From Chiloscyllium plagiosum (Eukaryota): DNA of 35,766 bases. The first letter of the stretch is position 1; every line of letters begins with the position of its first letter. The notes below the pieces were generated by a model. It made no database searches. It saw only the letters and a program-made list of their open reading frames with translations, and had not been told where the DNA came from. The translations under genes and the position numbers were made by a program. Of the stretch, positions 11,065-23,962 are shown piece by piece. The stretch covers positions 10,555,181 through 10,590,946 of the forward strand of contig NC_057718.1 of assembly GCF_004010195.1 (NCBI RefSeq), in the 5' to 3' direction.

Positions 11065-11786
11065 AGGTTTGCTTGCTGAGCTGGAAGGTTCATTTTCAAC
11101 ACCATACTAGGTAACATGAGTGAGCCTCTGGACGAAGCACTGCTGATGGTTCCTGCTTTCTATTTATATGTTTGGGTTTCTTTGGGTTGGTGATGTCATT
11201 TCCTGTTCTTTATCTCAGGGGGTGGTAGATGTGTCTAATTCGATGTGTTTATTGATAGAGTTCAGGTTGGAATGCCATGCTTCTAGGAATTCTCATGCGT
11301 GTCTCTGTTTGACCTGTCCTCGGATGGATGTATTGTCCCAGTCGAAGTGGTGTCCTTCCTCATCGGTATGTAAGTATACTAGTGAGAGAGGGTCATGTGA
11401 TTTTGTGGCTACCTTCGCTCACTAGTATCCTTACATACAGATTAGGAAGGACACCACTTTGACTGGGACAATACATCATCCTAGGACAGGTCAAACAGAG
11501 ACACGCATGAGAATTCCTAGAAGCATGGCATTCCAAATGGAACACTATTGACAAACACATTACTTGGACCCCATTTACCACCCCTTGAGAAAAAGAACAG
11601 GAAATGACATCACCAACCCAAAGAAACCCACACATAGAAAGCAGGAATCATCAGTAGTGCTTCGTCCGGAGGCTCACTGAAGATGTTACCTAGTATGGTG
11701 ATGAAACACCTGAAAATGAATCTTCCAACTCAGTGAGCAAACTTGCATCCAGAACCTCAACCTGAGCTACAAATCTTAAAACTTGC
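11065..11786. mobile_element. Palindromic Penelope-like element carrying the GIY-YIG C-terminal region in both arms
   Basis: Inverted arms ~11065-11393 / 11411-11744. Plus-strand EGHHFDWDNT...KQRHA*EFLEAWHS. Hammerhead-like CUGAAGA-U-GUUACC-UAGUAU-GGUGAU-GAAAC at 11677-11707. Confidence 0.85.
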
Positions 11787-11837
11787 TGATAGAACTAAGA
11801 ATTGCACTCCTGGAGATCACTTTCTTTTTTAAAAAAA

Positions 11838-12015
11838 AAACAAAAAATTGCTGGACAAACTCAGCATGTCTGGAAGCATACGTAGAGAGAAAAATTTTTA
11901 ATGTTTTGAATCCAGTGTTCTGAAGAAGGATCACTGGACGCAACATTAATTCTGTTTTCTCTCCACAGATGCTACCAGACCACCTGAGTTCCCCTTGTAA
12001 TTTGTGTGTTTGTTT
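11838..12015. mobile_element. Small decayed palindromic Penelope-derived element
   Basis: aaattgctggacaaactcagcatgtctgg... pairs with ...ccagaccacctgagttccccttgtaattt. Central decayed ctgaagaagg...caacattaa. Confidence 0.6.
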
Positions 12016-12950
12016 GATTTTGCCAGTCTCTTGGTTTCAGGAAATGCACTTTGGAGGCTGTAATATTATGTGCAGATAAATTCAGTTGTTTTGAGTAGCT
12101 ACTATGTGTCTGTGACTCTGGACTTGATTATAGCATGGACTTCAAGTTCTCTCTTGCAGATGTGAGGAACAGATTCAAAATGAAATTGTATGCATACAGG
12201 CCAAAGCTCTGTGTTCCTTTTAGGAATTTGATATGGTAATAAAATACTTTTAATTCACCTCGCTGAATTCAGTTTTGCCCAGGCCAAATATATTGTGGTC
12301 AATTTTGTAGAATTATTTCTTGCATCCATCTTGATGGATTAAGTCCTGCTAATTGCATAAGGATTGTATTGTTACCGCTGCCACCATAGTAACATTACGA
12401 GTTTTACCACTCTTTACTTGTTTCACTTAGGTGTTGTTTTGTGTGAGACTGTATGTTGATATTTGATGTGCAAAAGGATACCTGCTCATCACCATTCTGA
12501 GTTTGTTTCATTTGTTGCAACGTTTCATGCAACTTAGTTTAGAAGCAACTATTTTTCCTCAGTGTTTACATTCTTCTCAGTGTAGATTGATAACGTTGGT
12601 AATTACTATATCACAAAATGATACAGCATAGATTATTGTCTCACCATAATTACAATCTGGAGGGGAGGTTAACTTGTTCATAAGTCACTGAAATCTAGCA
12701 TGCAGGTATGGCATGCAATTAAGATAGGGATGCAATCCAAAACTGGTTCAGTGGAGAGCGCAGGTGAGGAGCAGTACAGGCATGCCTAAAATTGAGGTGT
12801 CAATCTAGTGAACCTACTAAGCAGGACTACTTAGATGCAGCATAATGAGCAAGACAAAGACAGGACTAAATTTATCCCACAACCAATGGATCAGATCTCA
12901 CCTCTGCAGTCCTGCCACATTCAGTTATGAATGGCAGTGGACAATTAAAC

Positions 12951-13604
12951 AATAGGATAGTGAAGAAAATGTTTGGTATGCTTTCCTTTATTGGTCAGAG
13001 TATTGAGTACAGGAATTGGAAGGTCATGTTGCGGCTGTACAGGACATTGGTTAGGCCACTGTTGGAATATTGTGTGCAGTTCAGGTCTCCTTCCTATCGG
13101 AAAGATGTTGTGAAACTTGAAAGGGTTCAGAAAAGATATACAAGGATGTTGCCAGGGTTGGAGGATTTGAGCTATAGGGAGCGGCTGAACAGGCTGGGGC
13201 TGTTTTCCCCGGAGCGTCGGAGGCTGAGGGGTGACATTTATAGAGGTTTACAAAATTATGAGGGGCATGGATAGGATAAATAGACAGTCTTTTCCCTGAG
13301 GTCGGGGAGTCCAGAACTAGAGGGCATAGGTTTAGGTTGAGAGGGGAAAGGTATAAAAGAGACCTCGGGCAACCTTTTCACACGGAGGGTGGTACAGGTA
13401 TGGAATGAGCTGCCAGAGGATGTGGTGGAGGCTGGTACAACTGCAACATTTAAAAGTCATTAGGATGGGTATATGAATAGGAAGAGTTTGGAGGGATATG
13501 GGCCGGGTGCTGGAAGGTGGGACTAGATTGGGTTGGGATATCTGGTCGGCATGGACGGGTTGAACTGAATGCTCTGTTTTCATGCTGTACATCTCTATGA
13601 CTCT
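12951..13604 (+). mobile_element. CR1 (HER1-like) LINE 3' fragment
   Basis: LYRTLVRPLLEYCVQF...LERVQKR and the same 3' UTR/tail as the 371-2261 copy. Confidence 0.93.
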
Positions 13605-13869
13605 AAAAGAAAACAAAAATATATTTAAATAGGGGATTAGGATCTCCTCAATTCAGGGGACTCAGTCTTGTACAGTGTGCAAGTAAATAAATGATGACTT
13701 GTTGATTGGGTATCGGCCTCCTTGCAGTTATTTCAGTTCTGTATTCTTTTATATTTCTGTGAAGCACTTTAAGCTTATGCTTTATAAATAAAAAATGTAA
13801 TTAATTTGTGTTCTTTACCTTTCTGTTAAGATTTACATGTACAAAGTATAGTGTTTTTGTCCACAGAAT

Positions 13870-14235
13870 CAGTGTTGCTGCCTAGGCCAGTACTTATTGT
13901 CCATTCTTAATTACCCTGGAGGTGGTGGTGAGTTGCCTTCTTGAGCCACTGCAGTCTTGTGGGTGTAGGGACAGCCACAGTCCTCTTAAAGATGAAAGTC
14001 CATGATATGAAACACATATAGTGAAGAACAATTTAGAAAGAAACTTTTGGTAGTAGTTGCCACCCCAGACCCGCTAGGTGATTGAGGTCACAAATTTGGA
14101 AGGTGCTGTCGTAGGAACTTTGAGAATTATTATGGTGCATCTGGTATCTGCTGCAGAGTGCTGTCAGGAGCCTCTGATCTTCTGTTTTGGCCACAGTATT
14201 CATATGGCTGTTCAGGATGTTGATTGTGGGGGATA
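13870..14235 (-). mobile_element. Second-family LINE 3' end, reverse orientation
   Basis: Reverse complement resembles 19900-20460 (tttggaaggtgctgtcgtagga vs tccttagacagtaccttcca). Confidence 0.55.
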
Positions 14236-14668
14236 AAGTTAGAGACAAAGCTTCAGATGCTGGAATCAAAAGTAAACAAGCTGGAGGGTGGAAGAACACA
14301 GCAAGCCGGGCAACATCAGGAGGTGAAGAAGTTGAAGTTTCTGGTATAACCCGACTTCGGAGTGGGGGAAGCTGTAGATAAAGAATTATGGGTGGGGACA
14401 GGGGCACGTAGTGAGGTAGTGACAGGTCAGTACAAGTAGTGGGTATGCCCTGGCTGGTCAATGAAAGGAATGAATCTGGTTGGTAGCTAGAAAGGAGGAG
14501 GTGGAGCTGGAAAGGGAGTTGGGAGGATGATTGGGAAGGTTATTTGAAATTGGAGAACTCCTGTGTTGAATTCTCAAGGGTGTGGGCTGCCCAGGTGGAA
14601 GGTGAGGTATTGTTCCTCCAATTTACGATCTGATTCACTGTGGTGGTGGAGAAGACCAAGGATGGATG

Positions 14669-14806
14669 ACATGATTTGGAGATGCTGGTGTTGGACTGGG
14701 GTGTACAAAGTTAAAAATCACACAACACCAGGTTATAGTCCAACAGGTTTAATTGGAAGCACACTAGCTTTCGGAGCATCGCTCCTTCATCAGGTGATTT
14801 TTTTTT
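14669..14806 (-). mobile_element. 138-bp solo pLTR insertion with 11-bp TSD, nested in another PLE
   Basis: TSD AAGGATGGATG at 14658-14668 and 14807-14817. Sequence shared with 263-345 and 19430-19527. Confidence 0.88.
14762..14796 (-). ncRNA. Minimal hammerhead ribozyme-like motif, intact core
   Basis: Minus strand reads CAC-CUGAUGA-A-GGAGC-GAU-GCUCC-GAAA-GC-UA-GUG (stem I CAC/GUG, stem II GGAGC/GCUCC, palindromic AGCU stem III). Confidence 0.7.
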
Positions 14807-17344
14807 AAGGATGGATGTGTCTGAGAGGGAGCGGCAAGAGGAATTGAAAAAGGTGACTGGGCGGTCAGGCTGGCCCTAAGGTCCAGGCTGTGATGCTTGA
14901 CAAAATGTTCCCTATGTTTATGTTTAGTCTGACTGATGTAGAGAAGACCTCATGTGGAGTACTGCAAACACTAAACTAGTCTAGACGAGAGGTAGGTGAA
15001 CCTCTGTTTTCACTTGGAAAGACTGTTTGTTTGTGATGGCAGGGATGGAGGTGGTGTGCCGGCAGGTTTTGCATCTTTTACAGCTGCAGGGGAAAGTTTT
15101 GGTTTGTTGTCTCTCTCTGTCTGTGTCTCTCTGTCTTGCCCAAATACCTGAAAATACATGGTTGCGAAATCTGCTAGTGTCCAGTGTGCAACATGAATAT
15201 TGAGACATACTGTGCTTTGCATGAGAAAGTAAGCTTGCCTGTAGTTTTTGCTGTGTGAGTAGACAGACACGCAGTGCAGAAGCTGGAATATTTTTGTCTG
15301 AAGATGAAGGGGAAAAGCTATAATTATATAATTCTGCTCGCTGGAGTTGTTTGTGTACGTTCAATGGAAACAAAAATTGTATCACAACAACTTCAGTTTT
15401 GAAAACTTCATTATGGTACAAATTTTTCAAATTTGTAGTAAGATCAGTATTTCATGAGCATTTCTCCATGTTTCCACAGTGCAGTGCTGTTATTTCTGTG
15501 AGATGTTGATCAGATTAACTCATCACTGTGTGGATTTCCAGGGAGTGGTAAATGGGTCACTAGGTTAGAATGAAGTTATGCTACTAAGTGATCTCTACAT
15601 ATGACCTGAAGAGGGATGATTTTATTCTAGTGCTTAATTGTTGTGAGCTGTGCACATCATTTGTTTGGTATTTCCTTTTGAAGGCAGCTGATAATAGAGG
15701 ATGTGCACATATGATTAATAGATAGCTGGCATCTGTAAACCAAAATTTGAATATCAGAAGTGGGGGAAATAACTTTTTAAGGAAAACGTTTCTTCTATTT
15801 CTAAATTTTTAGCTTAACTGCTTGAACAAAAATTTCAATGTGACCCATGTCTTGCAACCCTGTCACGAGTTAAGAAAAGGGAGAATTGTTGGAAATCAGG
15901 CGCATCGGAAATACACAAATGCATGATTCAGATGGGGCTACTTTGTCTAAATTTGTTAAATAAGCAACCGGTAACTGTAGGATTAGCCAAGACACACATC
16001 TGGGTTGGTTGGGGGAATAAATGCAGAATATAGATAATTTAATCTTAATAAAAGGCACATTTTTCATATTTTGGAATAAAGCAATGAAATTTTGCAAGGG
16101 TGGAAATTTAGTGAGTGCTTGGTTTCTTGTGCAAAGGGCAACTGTTATATGGCAAATCCATTAGAAAGACGAGATGAATACAAAGGCACCAAAATGAAAT
16201 GAAGAATTGAGTAGGAAATCAATTGGGACTAACATTTGAAACCACTAGGAGTATTCAGTTAACTATTGCTTGTTGTTGTGGTCATGCCATCAATCATGAT
16301 GTTTCTTGCAATTGTTCTGAGATCAGAAAATTTCATCTGATCCAATCAAATAAAATCTTGAACAGTTGGTTCAAGTATTTTCAGGCTAACTGATGAAATT
16401 TGCTAGTTCAAGCTCCAGATGAGGGAGAAGTGGAAAGATGCTCTTGACACATGCTGGGAGTTGGTTTTCTTGCTCGAATTCAAAGCAGCTCAGCAATGGT
16501 GTCGGAACCATGTTGTCTACTTATATTTGTTTTAAATGAAAATGTTTGTTTATTGAGTTACTGTAATTTTTATCACTGATATAAAATCAGTGATTAAGCT
16601 TGGAAAGTAACCGCAAACAAGAAGAAATTAGATTACAAAATTGACGCACTCAAAGGGCAGAGTATACATGTATAGAAGCAGTATAAAATCTGTGCAATGC
16701 TCACAAACCATAATTTGAGAGTGAATTTGTTAATAGCATTCTATGGGGGGGAAAAAGATGGCTGAATCTACCAAAACTTTGGATTCAGTAAGATTTGATA
16801 ATCTAGCTTTGAGTTGAAACAGTTATAACAATTGTAAGTAGTAATATTAATTTGCAGTATTGCAAATGTGATCATTTGAACATGGTTAATTTTCAGACAG
16901 TGATTAACTGTATAATTGGCATACTTTATAATTCCAAGAGGAAAAGAACAAAGCATATTTAAATAACATTCACAATATCATGTTAATCTATGAGTAAAAC
17001 ATAAGGAGGGGTCATTCCACACTGAAGTGAAGTGTATTTTACTACCAAATACAAAAGCCACAATTGTCTACTTATATTGGTTACGGCAATTTTAAATGCT
17101 TGCCGGTGCAATTATACTTTCATTGAAGCTGATTGCTTCTTAAACTGGAGGTTGTGTCTTTAAACAACAGGTGAACACTTTGAGCATTTCCAAGAATGAG
17201 AGGTGATCTTAAAAACAAATTTTGTCATGAGCCTGACTGTGTGTGGAAAAGTGCTCGGAGACTAGAATTAGGGGGAATCATAATGTCACTATATGTATAG
17301 TGGCAATTCTTCGCAAATGAGGATGATCATTTTCCATGAGTCCG

Positions 17345-17900
17345 CACATGACTGAGGCCAGTTCGGGATCTCGTTGTCTTTTGGGATGTCTGGCCATGTC
17401 TAATTGATTCTGGTCTTGGTTGTTTTTACTGCCTCTCTTGCTTCCATCTGGTTCAGACACAGTGTATAGCCTTTCAGGGATTAATGTTGCATTTCTTGTT
17501 GGCCTTTCAGCAAATCCTTTAAGTGCTGCTTCTGTCCTTGTCTAGTGTGTCTGCTTTGACTGAGCCAGAAAAGACAACTTGCTTTGTGACCACGGTGTCT
17601 GACATCTGAAACATTTGACTACCCAGTAAAGCTTAAAGCAGATGATTGTAGCCCTAATGCTTCTGGTGCCTTTTTGTGAAAGAGCATTGTTGGTATGCCT
17701 GCCTCTTCCTCAGGCAATGTTTATAGAGTACTTTGGAGCTACTTTGCAGCTAATCTTTTTTGTTTCTGTGGGGACCTCCTGAGGTCTCTGTACAGTCATG
17801 ATTTCTGGAATTGGACGTCAGTGATGCCAATTGCATCAGCGTGGCACTTGCTGTGTGCAAGTGCTCCGAGCAGCCGTGCACTTGTATGGCCATGAAGCTT
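17345..17900 (-). mobile_element. Heavily decayed RTE-like LINE fragment nested in an old CR1 fragment (~17170-18160)
   Basis: Minus-strand frameshifted translation resembles the RTE C-terminus (..SIRATII..L.W.G....MSD...K). Flanked by CR1-like 3' pieces. Confidence 0.4.
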
Positions 17901-18224
17901 AGGGTGAATGTTGGTTTGGAATAGAGTCTGCAACTTAGGACTGAACTGGGGTGAAATTTTGACTTGGGGTTGTGAATCTTTGAAATTGTCTATGCCAGCA
18001 GACTGGATACTCAGTCATTTTGAATATGTTAAAGATGGACATTGATTGGTCTTTTGGTGGTTGATATTAAGTTACGTAGGGATAATGTGGGAAAATGGTT
18101 CTTATTGAACTGTGGCACAGGCTCACTTGGCTAAGTGGCTTAGTCCTGTTACGTATGTATGAATTTGGAGCAGTCATGGCTCATTCGTTCTCTTTGAGCC
18201 TGCTGTGCAATTTATTTAGATTAT

Positions 18225-19527
18225 TAACTTAAAGATTACAGTCCAAGTTTATTTGGAAGCACTAGCTTTTGGAGTGCTGCTCCTTCATCAGATGGTAGTG
18301 GAGTATAAGGTCACAGGAGACAGAATTTATAGCAAAAGTTTACAGTGCGATGTAACTGAAATTAATGTATTGAAGAAGTCTCTCATTTTTTAGAATTGGC
18401 ATGTTGGCTTCAGTTCTTTCATATGTAAATCCCAGAACTTCCTTTTAAAGTTACATTCTCAAGTGAACTTTAACAATAGGTGCTGTGTTGACCAAGATAA
18501 TGCATTTAAGGTGTGAGGTGCCCTGTGTGAAGCTGTCTGTGCCCACATGAGTACCTCCCACCATGTACGTGGCAGGTACTCATGTGACTCTGCCAATGCT
18601 GTCTATCTCATACGCTGCAAGCAAGGATGCCCTGAGGCATGGTACATTGGTGAGACCGAGTAGAGGCTATAGCAATGGACACCACACAGCAATCAACAGA
18701 CAAGAATGTTCCCTCCCAGTCAGAACACTTCAGCGGGCCAGGACATTTGACCTCAGACCTTCGGCTGACCTCCAAGGTGGACTTTGGGACAGGCAACAAC
18801 ACAAAGTGGCCGAGCAGAGGCTGATAACCAAGTTCAGTACCCATGGGGATGGCCTCAACCAGGACCTTTGGGTTCATGTCACACTACAGGTGACCCCACT
18901 GCATTACACACTCTCTCTCACTCGCAGACAGAGACTGTCACATATCTATACCCCTTTACATTCACACTTCTACACATATACTGATCTCAGTCACACATAC
19001 TCCCCTGTGTGCGCACGCCCATGTGTACACGCGTGCACACAAGTCTGTGGGATGGATTTGTATTCGCAGAATTACATTTTATTTTGCTCAAAAACTGCAT
19101 GAATCCATGTAAGATTCTGTAAATCCCTTTTTTAGATTAGCATGAGTCTGAACATTGGGGCACAGCCTCACACAGGGCATCTTACACCTTTTTAATGTAT
19201 TAAGTACCATGTTGGCCCAGATATTGTTAAAGTTCACTTGAGAATGTAACTTTAATAAAGTTTTGGGATTTACATATAAAAGAACTGAAACCAACATGCC
19301 CATTCTAAAATATGAGATACTTAACAAACAATAAGGTCTTTTTCGATATATAATTTCAGTTGCATCATACTGTAAACTTTTTTTCCTATAAATTCTGTAT
19401 CCTATGATCTTATACTCCACAAGTACCTGACAAAGGCACAGCGCTTCGAACGCTAGTGTTTCCAAATAAACCTGTTGGACTATAATCTGGTGTTGTGATC
19501 TTTAACTTTGTACACCCCAGTCCAACA
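18225..19527 (+). mobile_element. Penelope-like element: inverted pLTR + GIY-YIG fragment + pLTR, 12-bp TSD
   Basis: TSD TATTTAGATTAT at 18213-18224 / 19528-19539. Inverted arms ~18240-18548 / ~19153-19480. 18562-18660 translates HVRGRYSCDSANAVYLIRCKQGCPEAWYIGETE (GIY-YIG: VY...YIG). Decayed hammerhead cores at 18260-18291 (-) and ~19427-19458 (+). Confidence 0.9.
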
Positions 19528-19579
19528 TATTTAGATTATAGCTGATATGATTGTGACCTCACTTCCACTTTGCTCCCTA

Positions 19580-20465
19580 CCACTTGTCTTTGGCCTAACC
19601 ATCTTCAGATGTCTCATCAATTACCTTCCCTCTATCATAAAGTCAGAAATGAGGATTTTCTCAGATGATCACATAATGCTTAGCACCATTTGCAACTCCT
19701 CTGATAAGTTAATGTCCAAATGCGGTAAGGCCTGGACAATATCCAAGCTTGGACTGACAATTAGAAAGTAAGGTTTGTGCTACACAAGTACCATCTTCAA
19801 CAAAGAATCTGACTCTCGTATCTTGTCAATCAAAGGCATTACCATGACTGAATCCCCCGCTATCGTCATTTTGGGTGTTACCATTGTCTAGAAACTGTGC
19901 TGGCGAGCTGACCTGTGGCTACAAGAACAGGTCAGGGGCTAGGGCGTGTGCACGGAGTGACTCTCCAAAGCATGTTCACTATCTAGCAGGAAGTCAGCAG
20001 AATGGAATATTCTCCACTTGCCAAGAAGGCTACAGCTCTGACAACTCTCAAGCTTGTCACTATCCAGGACAAAGCAGTCTGCTTGATTAATATCGCATCC
20101 ACAACAATCCACTCCCTCCATGACTGCTCTGTAGCAATGGTGCAACATTTACAAGATGCACTGCAGAAATTCACCAAAGATCCTTAGACAGTACCTTCCA
20201 GTTCCATGAGCACTTCCATCTAGAAGGACAAAGGTGGTGGATACATGGGAGCAACGCCATCTGCAACTGTCCTTTCAAGCCATTCGCAATTCTGACTTGG
20301 AATATATTGCTGTTCTTTCAGTGAGACTGGTTCAAAAACCTTGGATTCCTTTCTAATGGTCTACTGAAAGCATGTGACTTGCAGCAGTCAAGAAGGCAGC
20401 TTGGTGTCACTTTCCCAAGGACAATTTGGTACAGGTAGTAAATGCCAGCCCATTCTGCGATGCCA
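19580..20465 (+). mobile_element. Second-family LINE (CR1/L2-group) RT C-terminus + 3' UTR, decayed
   Basis: INYLPSIIKSEMRIFSDD (FADD-like) and MEYSPLA. Similar to 7040-7470. Confidence 0.75.
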
Positions 20466-22149
20466 GTGAATTAAGACTAAAATAAACACATCTGGCATCT
20501 TTATATTGAATGATGGAAGAGGTAACCATTTGTTCTTCTGTCATATTTCAGAGTAATTTTCCCAATTGTTCATGTTTCCTTCGATATTTATAATTTGAAT
20601 TTTTGTTTTAAAACATACTATTTGAGTGCCTAGATTAATTGAAATATGTATGCCCATAATTAGTTTGGTGTGCATTTCAACATAACTAATGGGAATGGGG
20701 TCAGGCAAGGGGCAGAATTCAACCTAGCCTTCAACCTCGTCTGTATTTTCTGGCTTTGAATCTATTGTCAGTTGACAACTGTCTGTTTTACTCCTAGTGA
20801 TGTATTATTGGAAACAATTTGTTTATTAGTATGGAATAAAGTTTTCCATCCACCCATTATAAATCATACCTAAGCTGACCAAGGTTCTTTTGTCCATATA
20901 TAAGTGGAGTCAATCTATCTGTTGAGTCAGTATTTCTAGCTTGTCAAATATTTTGATTGCCATTCTGTGTCAACTTCGCAATGGTTTGGTTTGGCTGACC
21001 CTTTTTTCTGTAATACGGTACTGTTATCAGAAAGAACTCGTGTCTATTCACTTCATGTTTTTCAGTCGCAAATACTCCAAAAGATTTTTCACCATGTGGC
21101 CTTTGCCAAACAAAAGAGGTAGATTCCCAATATTTTCCCCTAACTTTTTTGGATTCTGGTTTGCCACCCGAATAAAATTGCATTTGATTGCTCATTGTGA
21201 ATGTGAAAGTATCCTATCACTGTGTGCGCATCTACAATGTGAAAAAAAATCTTGCTTTTACTTCAAGGTAAAATATTTTCAAATGTCTCTTGGAAATGTG
21301 GCCATTGTCAAGAAGGCAATGTTGTTTTCACAGAGCAAATATGCCATAAACTACAAGTAAATAAATGATTAGTAACTGTAATTTGGTTTTGGTGATGGTT
21401 GAGGAAATAATATTGATCTGGACACTGGAAAAGCTCCATGTTGGTGACATGAAATCTCGTAATTTCTAAATCTCTTAATTTTCCTATGATTTGACTAAGC
21501 TGGCTTGGAGTCTGTGCCTTTTTTTTTATTTATAGTCATTTGCTATTTAAAATATTGTTGAAGTATTGTTTTTCTTTGTGGATTGAGGAATTCTGAGTGG
21601 CTCTTTTGCGCCTGCCTATCAGTATCATTTTCCTGTGCAGACCTTGTAGGCCTGCATGTTTATTTCACTCCAATGCCTTTCCAGATTCCTCTTGAAATAG
21701 GTTATGTTTCAACCATCCTGGTAGGCAACAAATTCTAAATCATTATCATTCAAATTTTTAAAAACATTTTTAAAACTTCTCATTTCTATACCCTGCCTGA
21801 CTCTGTTACCCAAAACTTGAAATCTCTGCAGTCGGGTTCTTATACCATCAGGTCATGGGAGGAATTTTTCTTTCAGTTAAATTTAAGGTTATGTATCAAG
21901 TCTCCACTTGGTCATGTTTTCTCCAATTCAGCTGCTTCAATGTTTCCTTGTTAAATAAACCCCTCTTTCCCCATATGGTAAAATCCCTATATACTCAAAA
22001 CCCTTGCTTCTTTCCTTTCTAAAGTGTTGTGACCAGAACTCACTGCAGAACTATAATTGTGGCTGATCTGGGCTTTTTAAAGGTTCAGCATGACTTCCTG
22101 CTTTTATATTCCTGGACCTTTTTTCAAGGTCTCTCACACTTTGACATCA

Positions 22150-22705
22150 GCGTTGTCGAACAAAGAGACCTAAAAGGTGCAGGTACTGAACTTAGTTCTT
22201 TGAAAGTAGCATCACCGAAGAAGGCATTTAGCAAGCTTACATTCATTGGTCAGAGCTTGGCGTACAGGGTTTGGAGTGTCATGTTACAGCTGTACAAGGC
22301 ATTGGTAACACCACATTCGGAGTATTGCGTACAACTCTAGTTGCACTGCTGTAGGAAGGATATTATTAATATTTACAAGGATGTTACTGAGTCTGGAAGA
22401 TTTTAGTTATAAGGAGAGGCTGGATTGCATGGGACTTATTTCCCTGGAGAGTCGGAGGCTGAGGGGTGACCTTATTAGAGGTTTTATAAAGTCATGAGGT
22501 ATGTAGTAAGGTGAATAGCCAAGGTCTTTTCCCCTGTGCACGTGAGTCCAAAACTAGAGGGCATAGGTTTAAGATGAGAGTGGAAAGATTTAAAAGGAAT
22601 CTGAGGGGCAACATTTTCACGCAGAGGCTGGTGCATTTATGGAATGGGCTGCTAGAGGAAGTGGAAGAGATGGGTACAATTCCAATATTCAAAAGACATA
22701 TGACT
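22150..22705 (+). mobile_element. Older CR1 LINE fragment
   Basis: LQLYKALVTPHSEYCVQ and KTRGHRFK...FTQRLVHLWNGL. Confidence 0.85.
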
Positions 22706-23534
22706 CGAAGGTCCATCCACGAGTTTCTGGATGAGTTTCATTTTTTTCACTCATTCACTTAGAACTCATCGGGTCTTTATAACCTTCCCCCTACCTCTTC
22801 TCCCACTTTCTGCCAACTTATCTGTTTTGTTGCAGTCAATTTAACATATCCTTATCTTTCATGCCTGGAAGATGGTTATCATCAAATTCTGAAAGTTTAT
22901 TCTTTACACCAGTAACTAAGACATGTAATTTTATGTGTAAACAGTTATAAAGTAGAATGCATGTACCCAAACTGACATTGTCCTATTTCATGAACTTGAA
23001 TTTTGTTAGCCAGTTTTTGTGGTATTAGGTCAACTCCGAACTACCTTCTACAAATCTAGTCTTGTTTAAATTATGGAAACTTTTGGACACAAGAGTTCAT
23101 GGGAAATTTCTCAAGTATTGAACTGAAGGTGTGGCTACCAATATCTAGGATTAGACTGGATGCTTTGGGGCAGGTTTGCAATATCAGTGTTGGAAATGAG
23201 GAGTGATCCTGTAAAGAGTCTTCAGCATGAAGGCAAGAATTTTAAATTGTGTTGGTGAAGGGCCAGAAATGAGTTGTAGGTCAACCAGAGGTGATGGAGA
23301 GGCAGGACTTAAGATGTGAGTAGTAGGATTTTTGTTGAGCTGGTTTTACTTAGTGTAGCTAATAGGAGATTGAGACCGAAAACATTGAAATAGTCGACCA
23401 AATGTGATGAAGGTTTGGTTAAAGGTTTGAGAAATGTGGGCTGAGGTAGGAGCCATTGCAAGCAAAGGTGGAAGTTGGCAGTTCTGCTGAAGAGAATTGG
23501 TTCCAAGCTAGATTTGGTGCCCTTTTCTGGGGAA

Positions 23535-23950
23535 GAACGATATGACTATAAAGGGGATTCTCTATAATTTAGAAATTTTAAGATTTGATATGATTAATGC
23601 CTTCAAGATCTTAACAGGAAAAGATAAGGTAGTTAAACTATTTGCATTGGATGGAAAATTCTTGAACTACAGGGCATTCTCAGAGAATTAGGGCCAGACC
23701 ACTTGCGAAATGTTAGGAAGCACTTCTACGCACGCAATGTTTGGCAGACGTTTGGAACGCTCTTCCAAAATGGCAGTGGATGCTAGATCAGTTGTAAATC
23801 AGTTTTAAATCTAAGATAATTGTTTTGTTAAGCAAAGGTATTAAGGGATATGAGTCAAGGGCAAGAATTATGGGAGTTTGGCCACAGATTAGCCATGATC
23901 TCAGTGAATGGCCGAACAGACTTGAAGGGTTGAACAGCTTGCTTCTGCAG
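23535..23950 (+). mobile_element. Old CR1 LINE 3' fragment
   Basis: actacagggcatt..., aaaggtattaagggatatg, cagattagccatgatctcagtgaatggccgaacagacttgaagggttgaa 3' UTR. Confidence 0.7.
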
Positions 23951-23962
23951 TAAAGGTTTACT

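Larger units (their letters stand above)
14245..15110 (-). mobile_element. Decayed Penelope-like element (Neptune-type Cys linker + GIY-YIG region + pLTR)
   Basis: Minus-strand TFPCSCKRCKTC...KQSFQVK. pLTR-like 'gatgctggaatc...gaagaacacagcaagccgggcaacatc' at 14257-14320. Confidence 0.65.

Noticed and set aside
20941..21360. 139-aa ORF in unique intronic DNA
   Set aside because: TTG start, low-information F/L/K-rich translation and no recognisable homology.
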